The position numbers and the translations under genes are program-made. The notes below the pieces were generated by a model that was not told the origin of the DNA, did not search any database, and was given only the letters and a program-made list of their open reading frames with translations. Of a stretch of DNA of 64,000 nucleotides, positions 49,513 to 63,300 are shown in pieces. Positions within the stretch are counted from its first letter, which is position 1; every line of letters starts with the position of its first letter. This DNA comes from Mytilus trossulus (Eukaryota), in contig NC_086379.1 of NCBI RefSeq assembly GCF_036588685.1, positions 68,758,001-68,822,000 on the forward strand. The letters run 5' to 3'.

Positions 49513-52500
49513 ATATGATATTAAATAAAGATCACTCAATGTTAATATTGATCCTCCTACTTGCAGGAGATATGGAACTTAACCCAGGCCCAAGAACGAA
49601 ACAACAAAGCGTATATCCATGTGAATTATGTGAACATCCAGTTACATGGAACTGCGAAGGGATTATGTGATGACTGCAGCATCTGGCATCACAAATCATG
49701 CATAGAACTATGCTCCACAGATTATGATTTATTACAGATATCAAATGTACAATGGTTATGCTGCAAATGCGAGACCATCAATGTATCAACCTACACTTTT
49801 CACAGCTATGAGCTCAACACTTCAAACTATTATGAACCTCTTACACACAACAGTACTTTCGAATTCATCACATCAAATGCTTTCAATCCACTCAAAACCA
49901 GCAGCCCAAAAGGAAATAACTCAACAAACACCTCATCACCAAAAAGCAGTAAAAGCAAAAACAGAACCACCAGCAGTAACGTATTCAACATTCAAACAAA
50001 GTGTAAATTGAGAAAACTAACACTAAACTGCAGAAGCATCAAAGACAAGACTTCTGAATTTGCAGCAGCTGTAAACTACATCAAACCGGACATCATCTGC
50101 GGCACAGAATCTTGGCTAAAAGGAGTTAAACTAGGAAAAAACCCGACCCTAGACGCAATAAAATCAAGCGAAGTATTCCCTGAAAACTATGTAGCATACC
50201 GGAATGACAGGGGTACACTAGGGGGAGGAGTATTTGTCCTTGTACAAAACGACATAGTAGCGGTAGAAAAAACCAGAACTAGTAACAAAGTGCGAAATTG
50301 AGTGGGTGAAAATACAACTGAAAGACCAAAAAGAATTAAGAATAGGCTCATTCTATATGCATCATAGAAACATGGATGATATAAAAGAACTTAATAAATC
50401 ACTAGACCAGATCTCCAATAAAAATACTAACTTCATACTTACTGGAGACTTTAAACTGTCCAGATATTGATTGGATCACAATGGTAATAAACCCAAACGC
50501 ACAAGATAAAGAAATACAAAAAGCCCTTATTGAAGTCATAATGTCACACTCGATCACACAGATCCATGAAACACCAACAAGAGGTTAAAATCTACTGGAC
50601 ATAGTGTTAACCATCAACCAATCACTCATCAAAACATCAACAAATGCTCCAGGAATATCTGACCATGACATGATCATAACAGACTGTGATACAAAACCAC
50701 ACTACCAGAGTCAACGGCCACGTAAATGCTACATTTTCTGGAAAGCAAAATGTGGAGATCTCCATGAAGAACTGGATACATTATCCAACAAAATCAGGGA
50801 TATGAACCAAAACAATGCCACAGTTCAAGAATTATGGGTCACATTTAAATACGAACTCTACGTAAATTTGGACAAGAACATACCAAAAACTCATCCGCTC
50901 TAAACCAAGCATACTCTGGGTAAATCACAAAATTAGGAAAATGTTCAAAAAGAAAACCAGGCTATACCAACAAGCAAAGAGAACAAAGAACTGGTCAAAC
51001 TACAGGCACTTTCAAAAAGAATGCAAAAGACAAGTCCGAAAGGCTGAATGGGAATACATCAACAACTTCATAATGGAGGGACTAGAAAACAACAATCCAA
51101 AACCTTTTTGGAAGTACATAAAATCTAGGAAACAAGACAACATTGGAGTACCACCTTTGAAAAGCAATGGCCAATTAGTGATTGATAGTAAAGGGAAGGC
51201 AGAACTACTGATACAACAATTTAAATCAGTGTTCACAAGGGACAACGACAAAACATTGCCGAAAACAAGAAAGCAAATAAAGAACTCAATTTCATCCTTC
51301 GAAATAAAACATGAAGGAGTCGAAAAACTACTCAAGCAACTGAATCCACCAAAATCTTCAGGACCAGACGGTATACCTAATAGAATCATTAAGGAGTGCT
51401 CAAAACAACTTGCACCAGGACTCTCAATAATATACCAAAAGTCAATAAATAGTGGAGAACTACCAAGAGACTGGTTAAACGCTAACATCTCGAGCGTCTT
51501 TAAAAAAGGAGATAAACATGCACCAGAAAATTATAGACCGGTATCACTAACATCTGTGCCATGTAAAATACTTGAACATATCATCTGTAAGCACATACTA
51601 AACCATCTAGACAAGCACAGGGTACTAACATCACTCAACCATGGATTCAGATCCGGATACTAGTGTGAAACACAGCTACTAGTCACACTGCACGACTTCA
51701 TGAAATCACACGCTGCTGGTTACCAAATTGATGTTGCTATCCTGGACTTTTCAAAAACAATTGACACAGTGCCACACAACAAACTTCTGCACAAACTAGA
51801 CGAATATGGTGTGAGAGGACCACTGAATAAATGGCTAGAAATGTTTCTAACTCAGAGAAGGATGAAGGTTGTCATTGATGGAGAGGAATCTGAAGAAGCT
51901 ACATTGGGCCCAGGAGTGCCACAAGGAACCGTATTCGGACCCCTTCTCTTCCTCTGTCATATCAATGATCTCCCGGACTCAGTAAAATCAACTGTTAGAC
52001 TTTTTGCTGATGATTGTCTGCTATACAGAAATATAAAAACACAACGAGACCACACACTGTTACAACAAGATCTGGTTAGCCTAGAAAAATGGGCCAAAGA
52101 CTGGGGTATGCGCTTCAATGCAAAGAAATGTTACATCCTGAGCATTAAGAACAAAAGCCAGAAGTTCTATACCCTTGATGAACACATACTCCAACAGGTC
52201 AAACACAATCCATACCTGGGACTACAGATATCGGACAATCTGAAATGGACCATCCACATTTCAAATGTAACTAAGAAAGCGAATTCTACACTAGGCTTTC
52301 TTAGACGCAATCTAAGATTCTGTCCAAAAGACTGAAAGAAAACAGCATACATTTCATTAGTGAGATCTACGATGGAATATGGGGCAATTGTATGGGACCC
52401 TTATACATCAAACAACATCAACCAATTAGAAAGAATCAAAAGAAGAGCAGCCCGATTCATCACAGGGGGCTATAAATCAAGAGAAGAAGGATCGGTCACC

Positions 52501-52935
52501 AAAATCCTAACAGTGCTGGAACTTGAAAACCTACAGTCCAGAAGAACAAGCCAAAGACTGGTATTTCTGTACAAAGTGGTTGAGGGTTTGGTCCCAGCTA
52601 TCAAACCTGACGAATTTTTGGTAAAAATCAAAACCAAAAGGACAATCAAACCGACACGCTTTGTAGACTTTGAGAGCACAAACATAGTTAACAACTCAGT
52701 AAAAAACGACTCAAAGGCAATTGAAACAACAAACTGTAAATCTGAACAATCTAAAAACTCATTCTTTGTCAAGACTGTGATTCATTGGAACCAACTGGAA
52801 GAAGCAATAGTGTGCTCCAAGTTAGTTGAGAGCTTCAAAACAGCTCTCCAACACCGTCAATGGGCGCTCTGTCTCCCGTCGAGTAAAAGCAAGTATTGGT
52901 ACCTTCGACGTAACGATACAGATACAGATACAGAT
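49513..52935 (+). mobile_element. Decayed CR1-group LINE (2A-like motif, PHD finger, APE, RT) with (GATACA)n tail
   Basis: Fragments GDMELNPGP, CDDCSIWHHKSC...WLCCKC, CGTESWL, GGGVF, SDH, SGPDGIP, NYRPVSLTS, GVPQG, FADD broken by stops and frameshifts; tail GATACAGATACAGATACAGAT at ~52915-52935. Confidence 0.92.
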
Positions 52936-53619
52936 GTGCATTCACCTCTCACACTGAAAACATAGACAACAGCAAAAGTATGGGAGACACTGGGTTCCAT
53001 GCAATCCTTGCTTTTTTGTATTCGTCACTTGTTTTCATTGGAAGTTGATGATGAGCCATGTCCATGTCTTCCATTTTCTGAAATATATAAATGAGTTAGC
53101 TAGATCTCTTTGCCTTTGTCACAGACTCGATAAAAAAGTGATAATGCATCTTATATAAGGTTGGTAAAAATCTCGGTATGAATTTTGAAGGCCAAGTTAA
53201 GGATATCCGGTCACATGGAAAATAGACAACTGGACTAGAAGAACCTTTATAACAGAAGAAAGCTACAGAAACATACTATCCAATATCAGACCTTTAAACC
53301 ACCCAATTTAGTTTAAAGGTGTTGAGCTGAGCTGCAGTTACGATTTGTCTTTTGATGAATTTTGTGTCGATTTCCCCCCTATAATGTTTGAAGAGTTGAA
53401 ATCAAATTTGTTAGAATTCTTTATGACTTGTTTAAGTTGCCATTGGGATGTGCATATTTCTTCTTTTTAAATAGTTGACAACAAATAATATATCAAGGAA
53501 AGCAGAGTAGACACTAGACCATTTAGAGTAATTGTTTTAGAGATTTTTTAGAGACAATACTAGCTATTACTTGTTAAATATGGTAAGGAATAAAATCGGG
53601 ACTGACAAGAAAAAAAGTC

Positions 53620-54255
53620 AGAAGAAACCTCATTAAATAGCTATGGTGTTTTGTCTACCAAGAGAAGTTTAAGGAAACATAATTGGGTAGCGATAACAAG
53701 AGTTCTTGCAAATGCATATACGGGAACAGTTTGTATGGTCAATATGTTTGTTGATGGAAAGAAGTTATATTCTAAACTCATACAAATCCAGTTAAGATGG
53801 TTGCGTTTCAAAAATGCTCACCAAGCTCTTAATTCAAGATACAGACAAGTTGCTCAAGTTGAATTCTGTACAAGGTGGTTGAAGGGCTGCCCCCTGCTAT
53901 TGATACCGACGGATATATAAAAATAGCACGTCCAAAAAGAAAAATAACGGCCAAGAAATTTTACTTTTACCATACATTAAACATTGTGGAAAAAAAAGTC
54001 AAGAACAAAACGTAGTGGTTTGAGTTTCGAACAAGCAAAGCACCACAATATTCTAATTCTAATTCATTTTTCAAGCAAAACAGAGATCAGCAGTGGAACC
54101 ACCTTGAAGACACTGTAGTATTAGTGCACGCACCAAGCGTTGCTAGCCTCAAAACTGCTCTCGCGCACCATCAATAAATCGATGGCACTCCCTCTACTGT
54201 TGTATCAAAGCCAATATTGGTAGCCAAACCGTATCCAAACAGATACAGATACATA
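53620..54255 (+). mobile_element. 3' remnant of a related LINE with (GATACA)n tail
   Basis: Degenerate NSFF...WNHLEDTVV..HAPSVASLKTAL at ~54060-54160 and CAGATACAGATACA at ~54240; 5' limit approximate. Confidence 0.65.
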
Positions 54256-55074
54256 AAACACAAGAACAGACCAATCAATTTTAGAAGGTGTTTATGTAGT
54301 ACCAATATTAAGTGGTATTTTTTTGCAAATGCTAATGGAAAACTTGAAAACACTTTATTTGAAATACATTCTATAAAATAAAAAAATGCTCAAGAGGCAA
54401 AAATTGGACATGAAATAGCGAATTAACAAAAGTAATTTCTTAAAAATTTGCAAAGCTCGAGGTCCGCTCCAACCAGTACAAAACTAAACTGTATGCAGCA
54501 GATCTGCGACAGGTTTGAGGCAAACAAAAAGTCAATATGAATTTTATAAGGAAATGTACTAGCTGTATCCACAAAATTGATATGCATGTAAAATAAAGGC
54601 AACAGTAGTATACCGCTGTTCAAAACTCATAAATCCATGGACAAAAAAACAAAATCGGGATAACAAACTAAAACTGAGGGAAATTAGAGGAGAACAACGA
54701 AACAACATTAAAATGTAACACACACAGAAACGTTACGGAGTAAGCATTAGACAAAATCCTATGAGAATAAAAAATACAAAATATAACATCCACACCGAAT
54801 TGCCGACTACATCCACCAGCAGTGACATTTTCAAAATCTATTCAAAACGTCTTCAAACTTGCTGCAAAAACTTATATATGCAAACGAGTGTTGAAATAAG
54901 TCTGCAGCTATAGCAATCAATTGGATGATAAGTTGTGTTCTGCAGACTTGCAGCGCATTAATTTGCAGCAAGCATACAACTTAACATGCAAGCTAACAGC
55001 CAATGCACATTTAATGTTTTTAATTTTCTTCATTTAGGACATTCTGTCTGTACAAATCATAATCATAATGACGA

Positions 55075-55240
55075 CTATGTGTGGATTACCAGAAATTCAA
55101 TAAAAGGACAACGAAAGGTGTCTATCCGCTACCGAGGGTTGATAATCAATTGGATTCTTTGTATGGATCGCAGTGGTTCTCATCACTTAACTTGGATATG
55201 GCTCATCATCAACTTCCAATGAGAACTAGTGACAAAAAAA
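55075..55240 (+). mobile_element. Ty3/Gypsy reverse transcriptase relic
   Basis: VDYQKFNKRTTKGVYPLPRVDNQLDSLYGSQWFSSLNL resembles the Gypsy RT motif VDYRxLN...YPLPRIDxxLDxLxGxxWFSxLDL. Confidence 0.75.
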
Positions 55241-55824
55241 TAAACTGTAATGTTTCCATGAAACCCAGTGTCTTGTCTACTTTTGTTGTTGTCTTTGTTT
55301 TCAGTGTGATAGGGGAATGCACATAAAATATTTAAAGTTAATAAATTAAAACGTTCGAAATGTATGAAAAAAAGTTATGCTTGTAGTATGCAATCAAAAG
55401 TTGCAGGCTGAAAAAAAATGAGGAAAACTATTATTTTTTTCTGTCTAGATGATTGTAAGAAGCTTCTGTCTAAGCTTGGTAAAACTCCAGAATGGTTTAT
55501 AAATCTAAGAATTGTTTTGAAAACTTAAACAGTAGACTGTATGTTATCTAACCCGTGGAAGATAAAAAATATTTTTTTCATAAGTTATGAACGGGAAAAC
55601 AGTTTTTGTTTACAACGTTTCTTTCTAGATGCTAGCTTTTGATCAGAAACAAGCTTTGCCAAAGTCTGTGGACGCCGCCACCGTCGGAATGTAGGATCGC
55701 TACGTCTCGCTTTTGCTACAAAAGTCGCAAGCTGGATAGTACTGTGTTTTTAACCAGACATAATGGACTTTATCCATGTACACCATAACTTTGTACTTGT
55801 TTGGCTTTCAAACTATTTCGATCT

Positions 55825-55872
55825 GAGCGTCACTGAAGTGTCTTATGTAGACGAAACGCGCGTCTGGTGCTT
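55825..55872 (+). ncRNA. Minimal type I hammerhead ribozyme motif with a core substitution
   Basis: GAGCGTCA-CTGAAGT-GTCT(TATGT)AGAC-GAAA-CGCGC-GTC-TGGTGCTT. Stems I and II pair, stem III is palindromic, and the conserved A9 is T. Confidence 0.6.
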
Positions 55873-58800
55873 TAAATTATAATCCTGGTACCTTTGATAA
55901 CTATATATAACCATTCAGAAAATATAATGCGGCATCAAAGTTCCAGATGGTGATTGAGGCAACAGTAAGCGAACTTCAGTGACATATTGCATAGTTTTAT
56001 CTTGACTATATTATGTATTCATAGAAATTTATTTGATGATCAAACCATTCTAAAAGTATGGACGGGCTTAATTCTGCTGGATTAAAAAAATCATCACTTG
56101 ATAAGCAGTGCAGTGGCAAGAACTAGAGACGTATCATCCAAAAAAAGAGTGCACATGCTGAAATCTCTCGCTTTCTTTAATCACCTTTGAATTTTTGTTG
56201 ATAGTCCTAAATGAAGGCTTTAATACAACTATTACACAAATTGTAAATGATCCAACAAATTGGGGAGTCAAATAAACCAAACAAATAACACATGTACACC
56301 TCACGATCTTTCGATCTTTCTGTGAAGTTCCAAAGATATGTGTTTAAAGAAATAATTTGTCAGAAGTAACACTGTTCCAAAGATTAAAATGAGAAATTTA
56401 CACAAAACAAGTAAAATATAGTAGGTGCAAAACTGGAACAGATGTGCAATAATTCCGTGGAGTTTCAAGAATATAGGTTGAAAACTGAGTCTATTACAAA
56501 AAAGTTTGTACCTTCTTTCATAAATTTTGCCAAAAAATGATTATGTTCCCAAGTAATGAAACGGGAGAAAAACACATTCTCAAACATTTCCATAATAGAA
56601 GGTACACAATTCATCATAATGATTATGTCTGATTACTAGTAGAAGTTGGTTTTCACAAAAATAGAACCATTTTTCTTAAATTTTGGAAAAAACGTTCCTG
56701 TCCAGGGAAAGGGACAAAAAATCCCCCACAGAACTCAATAATACCAGGTCATTTACATGTATGTAATCTGTGTTTTAAGGTATATATAAAAACTGCAGAA
56801 GGAATTGATAACACGAACCTGGTGATTGCTAAAAACATTACTAAGTTCAAAGTGGAAAAATTCATACCTGCATAATGTGTAGGAAAAAACTGGAGGAGTT
56901 TACACAAGTTAGGTACCAACATTTCCCTGCCATCATACCTGGTGACCCACCAGACAAATTATACTATCAGCCTACATTGGAATTTGTCCTAGTCATTTAA
57001 AAACAACTACATGCGAAATAGTCAAAAATAAATTAGCAGTATTATTTTTATTTCTGGTTTTTTTTATCTCAAAGTCACAGTGAAGCCTTCAACATAGATT
57101 AAATACTCTCTTCACAATTATTAAAGACAATAATAATTAGATACTGAAATCCAAGAGATAATGTCTAATTCTTTAATCAAAGTTGGTTCATCTTCCTGAT
57201 TTTCTCAATTTGGTTGTTCTGATTCAGTTCCCTGGATAATAACATACAGTATGTTGCAGTTCTGTACTATCATAAGAGATGTACTTGTAACTGTAAATTG
57301 TTTGATATATTTACTTAGGATTGACAAAACTAGCAAGTTATTGCAATATTCCTACATAAACAAATCTTTAGTAATAACATCTGATGTTTAGAGATAAATC
57401 TGGAGAATGAAGTCTCTATGAGGATAGCCAACACTCAAGCCTTGCATTTACAAACTGCTTGATCTCATTGCTGAAGTATCTATTGGTTACAACATACAAT
57501 CTTTCTTTGTTATGTATGATAGTATAGAATCATACTGTTTACTTTGGCAAAATAGTTACTACACATCCCTATAAACAGAATAGTATTCCATATGTTTGAC
57601 TGAATATAATGACTTCGTTAATAGTTCCTACATCACATTGAATAAGATTGCTTTTAATAAATCACTAATAACACTAAGAACACAAAAGTCATTTAAATGT
57701 ATTTATTAATTATCAGAATAAATAAGACATTGTGCACCAATATTCCTTTTGTCAGGCTGATAAACAAAAATATATAATTCATGTTAAAAATCTCAAGTCT
57801 TTTAAACACCAAAATTGTTATACTCATGCATTCCAAGCAAACTATATGTGACTTTGGACAAGAATCTTACTATGGGTTCATTGTTACTAGGGTACTTAAT
57901 ATTGTTGAGTTCAATGACATTACACAGGGCTTGTTAAGCTTTCTTTTTTCTACTTTTTATTCGATATATTTTGAGAATTACATAGACATGTACAATTCAA
58001 GCCAACAGGTACAATAAAAACTAATCAATCATTTTATTTCACACCCTCTCAAGCTAAGAACTTCCTTTTCTTGTCCTCTTTTGTTTTGTTTATAAAATGA
58101 AATGGTAAAAGAATTTAGTTGATTATCAGAAGATAAGAGTATATCTAATTAGCAATTAGTCATTTTTTTTTGGTAGCCAATGTAAATGGTCAATAACCAA
58201 ATTGAACCCACAGTATTTTAGAACATTTTTTTATTTACTACATCCTCTTTCAACATGACTCCTTTTAGTTAAGGCTGTTCCTAAAAACAAACAAGATAAA
58301 TATCCTCAATAACAGGACATAATTTATATTCTGCTTCCCCTATCTTTTCTGCATCCTATCTATTCTATCAACATTTCCTTAAATAGTAACACACCATAAA
58401 TTACCAATAAGTTCAAACCCAAGAAAACCTTCACTTCACAGTGATTTTTTAGGAGAAAGTTATTTTAACAAATTTTGGTATATGGTTAATTTCAAATTTG
58501 ATAAAAGTATGTGACACTGTTTATCAAATTTCAAAAGGTTACCAGGAAAACTTTCAAATATCTACTTTCTGTCGAGTTACTTTGATAATAAAGAAAGGTT
58601 CATAAAAGTAAAAATATCAAGGTCAACAGTTTGATATACAGTGTGTATTAATTTCACTCAATTTTTAAGCAACCTAAACCATAATTCTTTAATTTGTATG
58701 ACATTTAAAATTAAAGATCGTTTGACATTTTAAAATTGATGATCGTTCTCGATAACTATCTAAATGCTTATCTAAGCATATATATCACTCGTGGCAGTCA

Positions 58801-60182
58801 TGCATAGGCAGAAAGAATTTCTTTTACAAATAAGAATGAAGCCTTATTCAGAAGACAAGAAACCTAGCTAGAGGAACCAAAAAGTCAGTACTTTAAACAG
58901 CACCTGAAATCATTTTTTTTTTACCTCTCATCAAATTGTTCATACAATGTATATATATACTGAACAAAACAAAAAGACAGCCTTTTGAAAGAAATTTTAG
59001 CATTCCAAATTTGAACAACTCATATATTCCTAATTAACAAACTAACAAGCAGGAAAAAGTAACAAAAACCTCCAACATTTTCATAACCTTGTCAGATTTG
59101 TCAAAATAAAGAAGTAGTAAGAAGTTTTTGCGATTGTCAAATTTTGAGCATTCAGCAAACAATAGCTACAGCTCAAACATACATTTTTTTCTTCGCCATA
59201 ATAATGGATTATTTGAAAGTTTGTATTCTGTTAGATCCCATAAATCTTAAATAAGTAATAATTTCTTGGAGAGCAATGGATATAGCAGTATTTGTACCTT
59301 ATTTTCATCACTAAACATGATTCTTCACCAATGGTAAAGAATTAAAATTTAGTGGAATTTATACATATTTTCAACAAGGGCCTAACCTATCTGTAACATA
59401 AGTTCAGCTCCCAAAAGAATCAAAAAAGTTGTGGTCATTACCTACCAAGAAACACCACTCCATAATTAGGACCTACTATTCAAGGTGTTCTCATTATCTT
59501 GTGAAGATTGGTCCATCGTTAAGGTTTTTTTTATGTTTTTTCTTTATATAATTCTGTAGAAAGCAAAGCAGTAACACTTGATATAATATCTTCAAATGAA
59601 GCTATAAACATCCAAGTGTTTTTAAGGACAAATGCAAGTTAAGCCAAAGGTTGATGATAGTAAAATTAAATTATAATCATCAGACATAGGGTCACTTAAA
59701 AAAGACAATCTATAAAAAAAAAACAATAGAAAATCTATAAAATCAAATCAGGATATGACTTTTGTTGACTACAGATAATCTTTATTTACACTTTGACAAT
59801 AAATTACTGAGGATTCTTTTATTTTCATGGGAACATATTCATACAAGCCAAAGAAAATAAACACTTTGCTGGAAAAATTTCATGGTTGACCTCTAGTCAC
59901 CAAATCCCTAAAAATAGAAATCCCACAAATAATAATAAATCTACAGTACAGTGCAGATAACCACTAACCAGTAACTTATAATAAACAATTTTAATACACA
60001 GTACACTATAGCTGTCAAGGAGACCAGAAAAAAATCTACACCCCACATTCTATTCATTTGACTAACTATCAGGAAAGAAACTTTCAGATGACAAAATGCC
60101 ACTGTTTTTCTGGTTTTCTTAGAATATTCTTTGACGGAAATAGCACTTTAAAGATTTCTCCTACTATGAATAATACTAATCG

Positions 60183-60340
60183 CTATTGCTTAGGAAGTGA
60201 ACACATATCACAATGGTCTTTATCTGTTGTGTTTATAAATGTACAATGTGCACACGTCCAACTTGAGCCTATAGGAGGTAATGGTGCAGCCTTGGGTCCA
60301 ACGTAAGATGATGATGGCCTTCCTGGCAGTGGGGTGGGAA
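60183..60340 (-). CDS. NPLOC4: NPLOC4 last exon (NZF/RanBP2-type zinc finger)
   Basis: WTCAHCTFINTTDKDHCDMCSLPKQ*. Confidence 0.92.
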
Positions 60341-63300
60341 CTGAAAAATAGACAAATTCTTTGTTAATTTTCAATAATTGTGCACATGTTCACAAAGAGG
60401 CCATTTTGATGAACTTTGTATTATTGAATGAACTGCCATTTTTGGTTTATACCTAACAAATTTCTCAACAGACATGTGCCTGTCTCAGTCAGGGGTATGT
60501 AATTCAGTGGTTGTTGTTTGTTACATATTTGGTTTTTGTATATTAATTAGGCTGATAGTTTTCTAGTTTGAATAGTTTTACATTTTCAATTTGAGGACTT
60601 TTATAAATGACTATGTGCAGTGGCGGATGCAGGAATTTTCGAAAGGGGGGTGCTAGCCCAGGGCAAAGGGGGGGTGCAGGGGGGGGTGCAAAATTATCCC
60701 GATTCAAATGCATTGATCGGCCAAAATAAAGGGGGGGTGCGGACCCCCGGAACCCCCCCTCTGGATCCGCCACTGATGTGGTATGGGTTTTGCTCATTGT
60801 TTAGGCTGTACCCTGACCTATAGTTGTTAATTTTTGTGTCATTTGGTCTCTTATGGAGAGTTGTCTCATTGGCAATCATACCAAATCTTCTTTTTTTATG
60901 ATATTCAATGATAACATGTTATTTTCTCATGAACTCACCATGTGCTGCCATCATTTCTTCCACTGTTGCCCATTCTTCTGTCTTTTTAAACTGATGAGCA
61001 AGTGTCTCATCATTATTTCGCACTGCATCCAGTAATATGCATATTTTTTCCTGAAAACCAATGAAATACTAATGACTATTACTTTTTAGTTAATTGTTTA
61101 TTTATTTAAAGAGGACAGCCAAAAGCTAGAGGCTACATGTGGGTCTCCTCATATATCCACATGTTTTGGTTGTGTATTTCTAAGTTTCTAAGTTTGGAGT
61201 TATTAAAAGAATCTCTCCTAACATCCTAGAGTAAAGAACTTCATATTTTGTTTGCCGCTCAGACAGAAAAGGAGGGGGAGGTATTGTTTTCTGTTGCACT
61301 GTGTGTTCACTGTAGATCTGTATTACTTTTAGAAATGTATCGTTGAAGAATTTGATATGTTTTGGTCATGTTTCACGGAGAATTCCATATGCCCTATGAT
61401 TGAATACATTCCATAATATATTTATTTCTTATAATCAAACTGAAAAGCAGAATTTAGGCTTTCCTTTTTTTTTTTTAAGGAAAGAACTCTTTTATTTTCT
61501 GTTTTTAAGAGATCTATCTTGCCAGACTTGCTGTTCATTACATTGCATCTCTTGATTTTGTTTTAAGCATCTGTAGAAATTATCTAAAATCTGGACTTAT
61601 AAAACACAACAGCAAAACAAGGATATGATTCCATACATCACCATGCTGGGCTCATTATCTACATTTCCATGTTCAGAGAACATAGATTCTATTTCAAAAC
61701 ACTTATTAGACATATCTTTTGAGAAGTTCACTTCATGTTATGTGCATCCTTTCAATCTGTGTGACTTTCATGATTCAGATTTAAACTGTATCACAATAAA
61801 AAAATATTTGACAATTCATTTATAACTTTACCTTTAATGGTAATAGATCTGATGTGCTGAGATAAAGCAGTAAATGAAAGTTAGCCATAGCTTCTAAAAA
61901 TCGGTTTGGTGGAAACTGTTGTAAATAGCTTGTCAATGCATTGAAATCCTGAAAAAGAATGAATGAAATTGGATCAAAAGAGACAAACTAAATCTAATTT
62001 TGATCCAAAAATAATCATGCTAAATTTCTATATGTTTAAGTCTAGGCCTGTTGAATATAGTTATGTTACCTAGAAAAATGTCAATCCTGCAATTTTTTCA
62101 TATTAATAGATTTTATTTATATTCATTGTACTTTACAAATCTGTGAAATTCGATCTATAAAGAGAAGGAAGTGGTTTCTGAATGTTAATTACCTGTACTT
62201 GTAATCTCATTTTGCTACCTGAAGTGGTACTAATACAGTTTTACCTAGTTTCTACAGCAGCAATCTTTAAGCTGAAAACTTTTTTCAGGATAGTGCAAAA
62301 TATGCTTTTAACTTTTACTGTGGATTCATTAATATTCGTTGGACACTAATTTTCATGGATTTTGTTGGAACATAGGAACCACGAATTAGAATGTTCAATG
62401 AATTACAAATTTCAAAATGAATGTATGTAGACTTTGCCAAAACCACAAACTTAAATGTCCATGAATATGCAGGTTTTCCTCAATTCATGAAAATTGGTAC
62501 CCATTGTGTTTTTGCAGCTTATTGAATATCAACTCAAAATAAAAATTTGAATCTTGAACCTTGAATCTAGAGTCTCGTAATTAAACATTATAATTAAATT
62601 AAAGTCTTATTTTGTAACTTACATGTGGTTGTCCTAAAACATGTCTGTTCTCAACAGGAAAGGATGTGACTTCTGTATGGAGATGAGATCTAAATGTATA
62701 CTGTGGTTCGACAGGGAATGCTGCTGGCATATCTAGTAAGAGATACTCCACAGGGAGAGGACGTGCAAGTTGTGTGACCTCATTTCCATAATTATCCTTC
62801 ACCTGTTATAACAGTTATAATACAGTTACACTATGCTTCTAACAAATTTAGATTTAAAGTTAACTGACCTACTTATTGTATCACTACTTACTGTTGTTAA
62901 CTTATTGTGACTTTTTTTTTTATAAAATCAATATACATGTTTCATATTAATTTTGCAAACAAGAGTAGAATATTGAAAGTACTGGATATGTCCCAAGTCA
63001 GGAGCCTGTAATTCAGTGGTTTTCGTTTGTTTATGTGTTACATATTTGTTTTTCGTTCATTTTTTTACTTAAATAAGGCCGTTAGTTTTCTCGTTTGAAT
63101 TGTTTTACATTGTCTTATCGGGGCCTTTTATAGCTGACTATGCGGTATGGGGTTTGCTCATTGCTGAAGGCTGTACGGTGACCTATAGTTGTTAATGTTT
63201 GTGTCATTTTGGTCTTTTGTGGATAGTTCTCACATTGGCAATCATACCACATCTTCTTTTTTATATGTAACACATTTCATTGTATTAGCAGATGAAGCTT

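Noticed and set aside
45915-52772. Several minus-strand ORFs of 60-160 aa
   Set aside because: Antisense shadows of the A-rich LINE coding strands.
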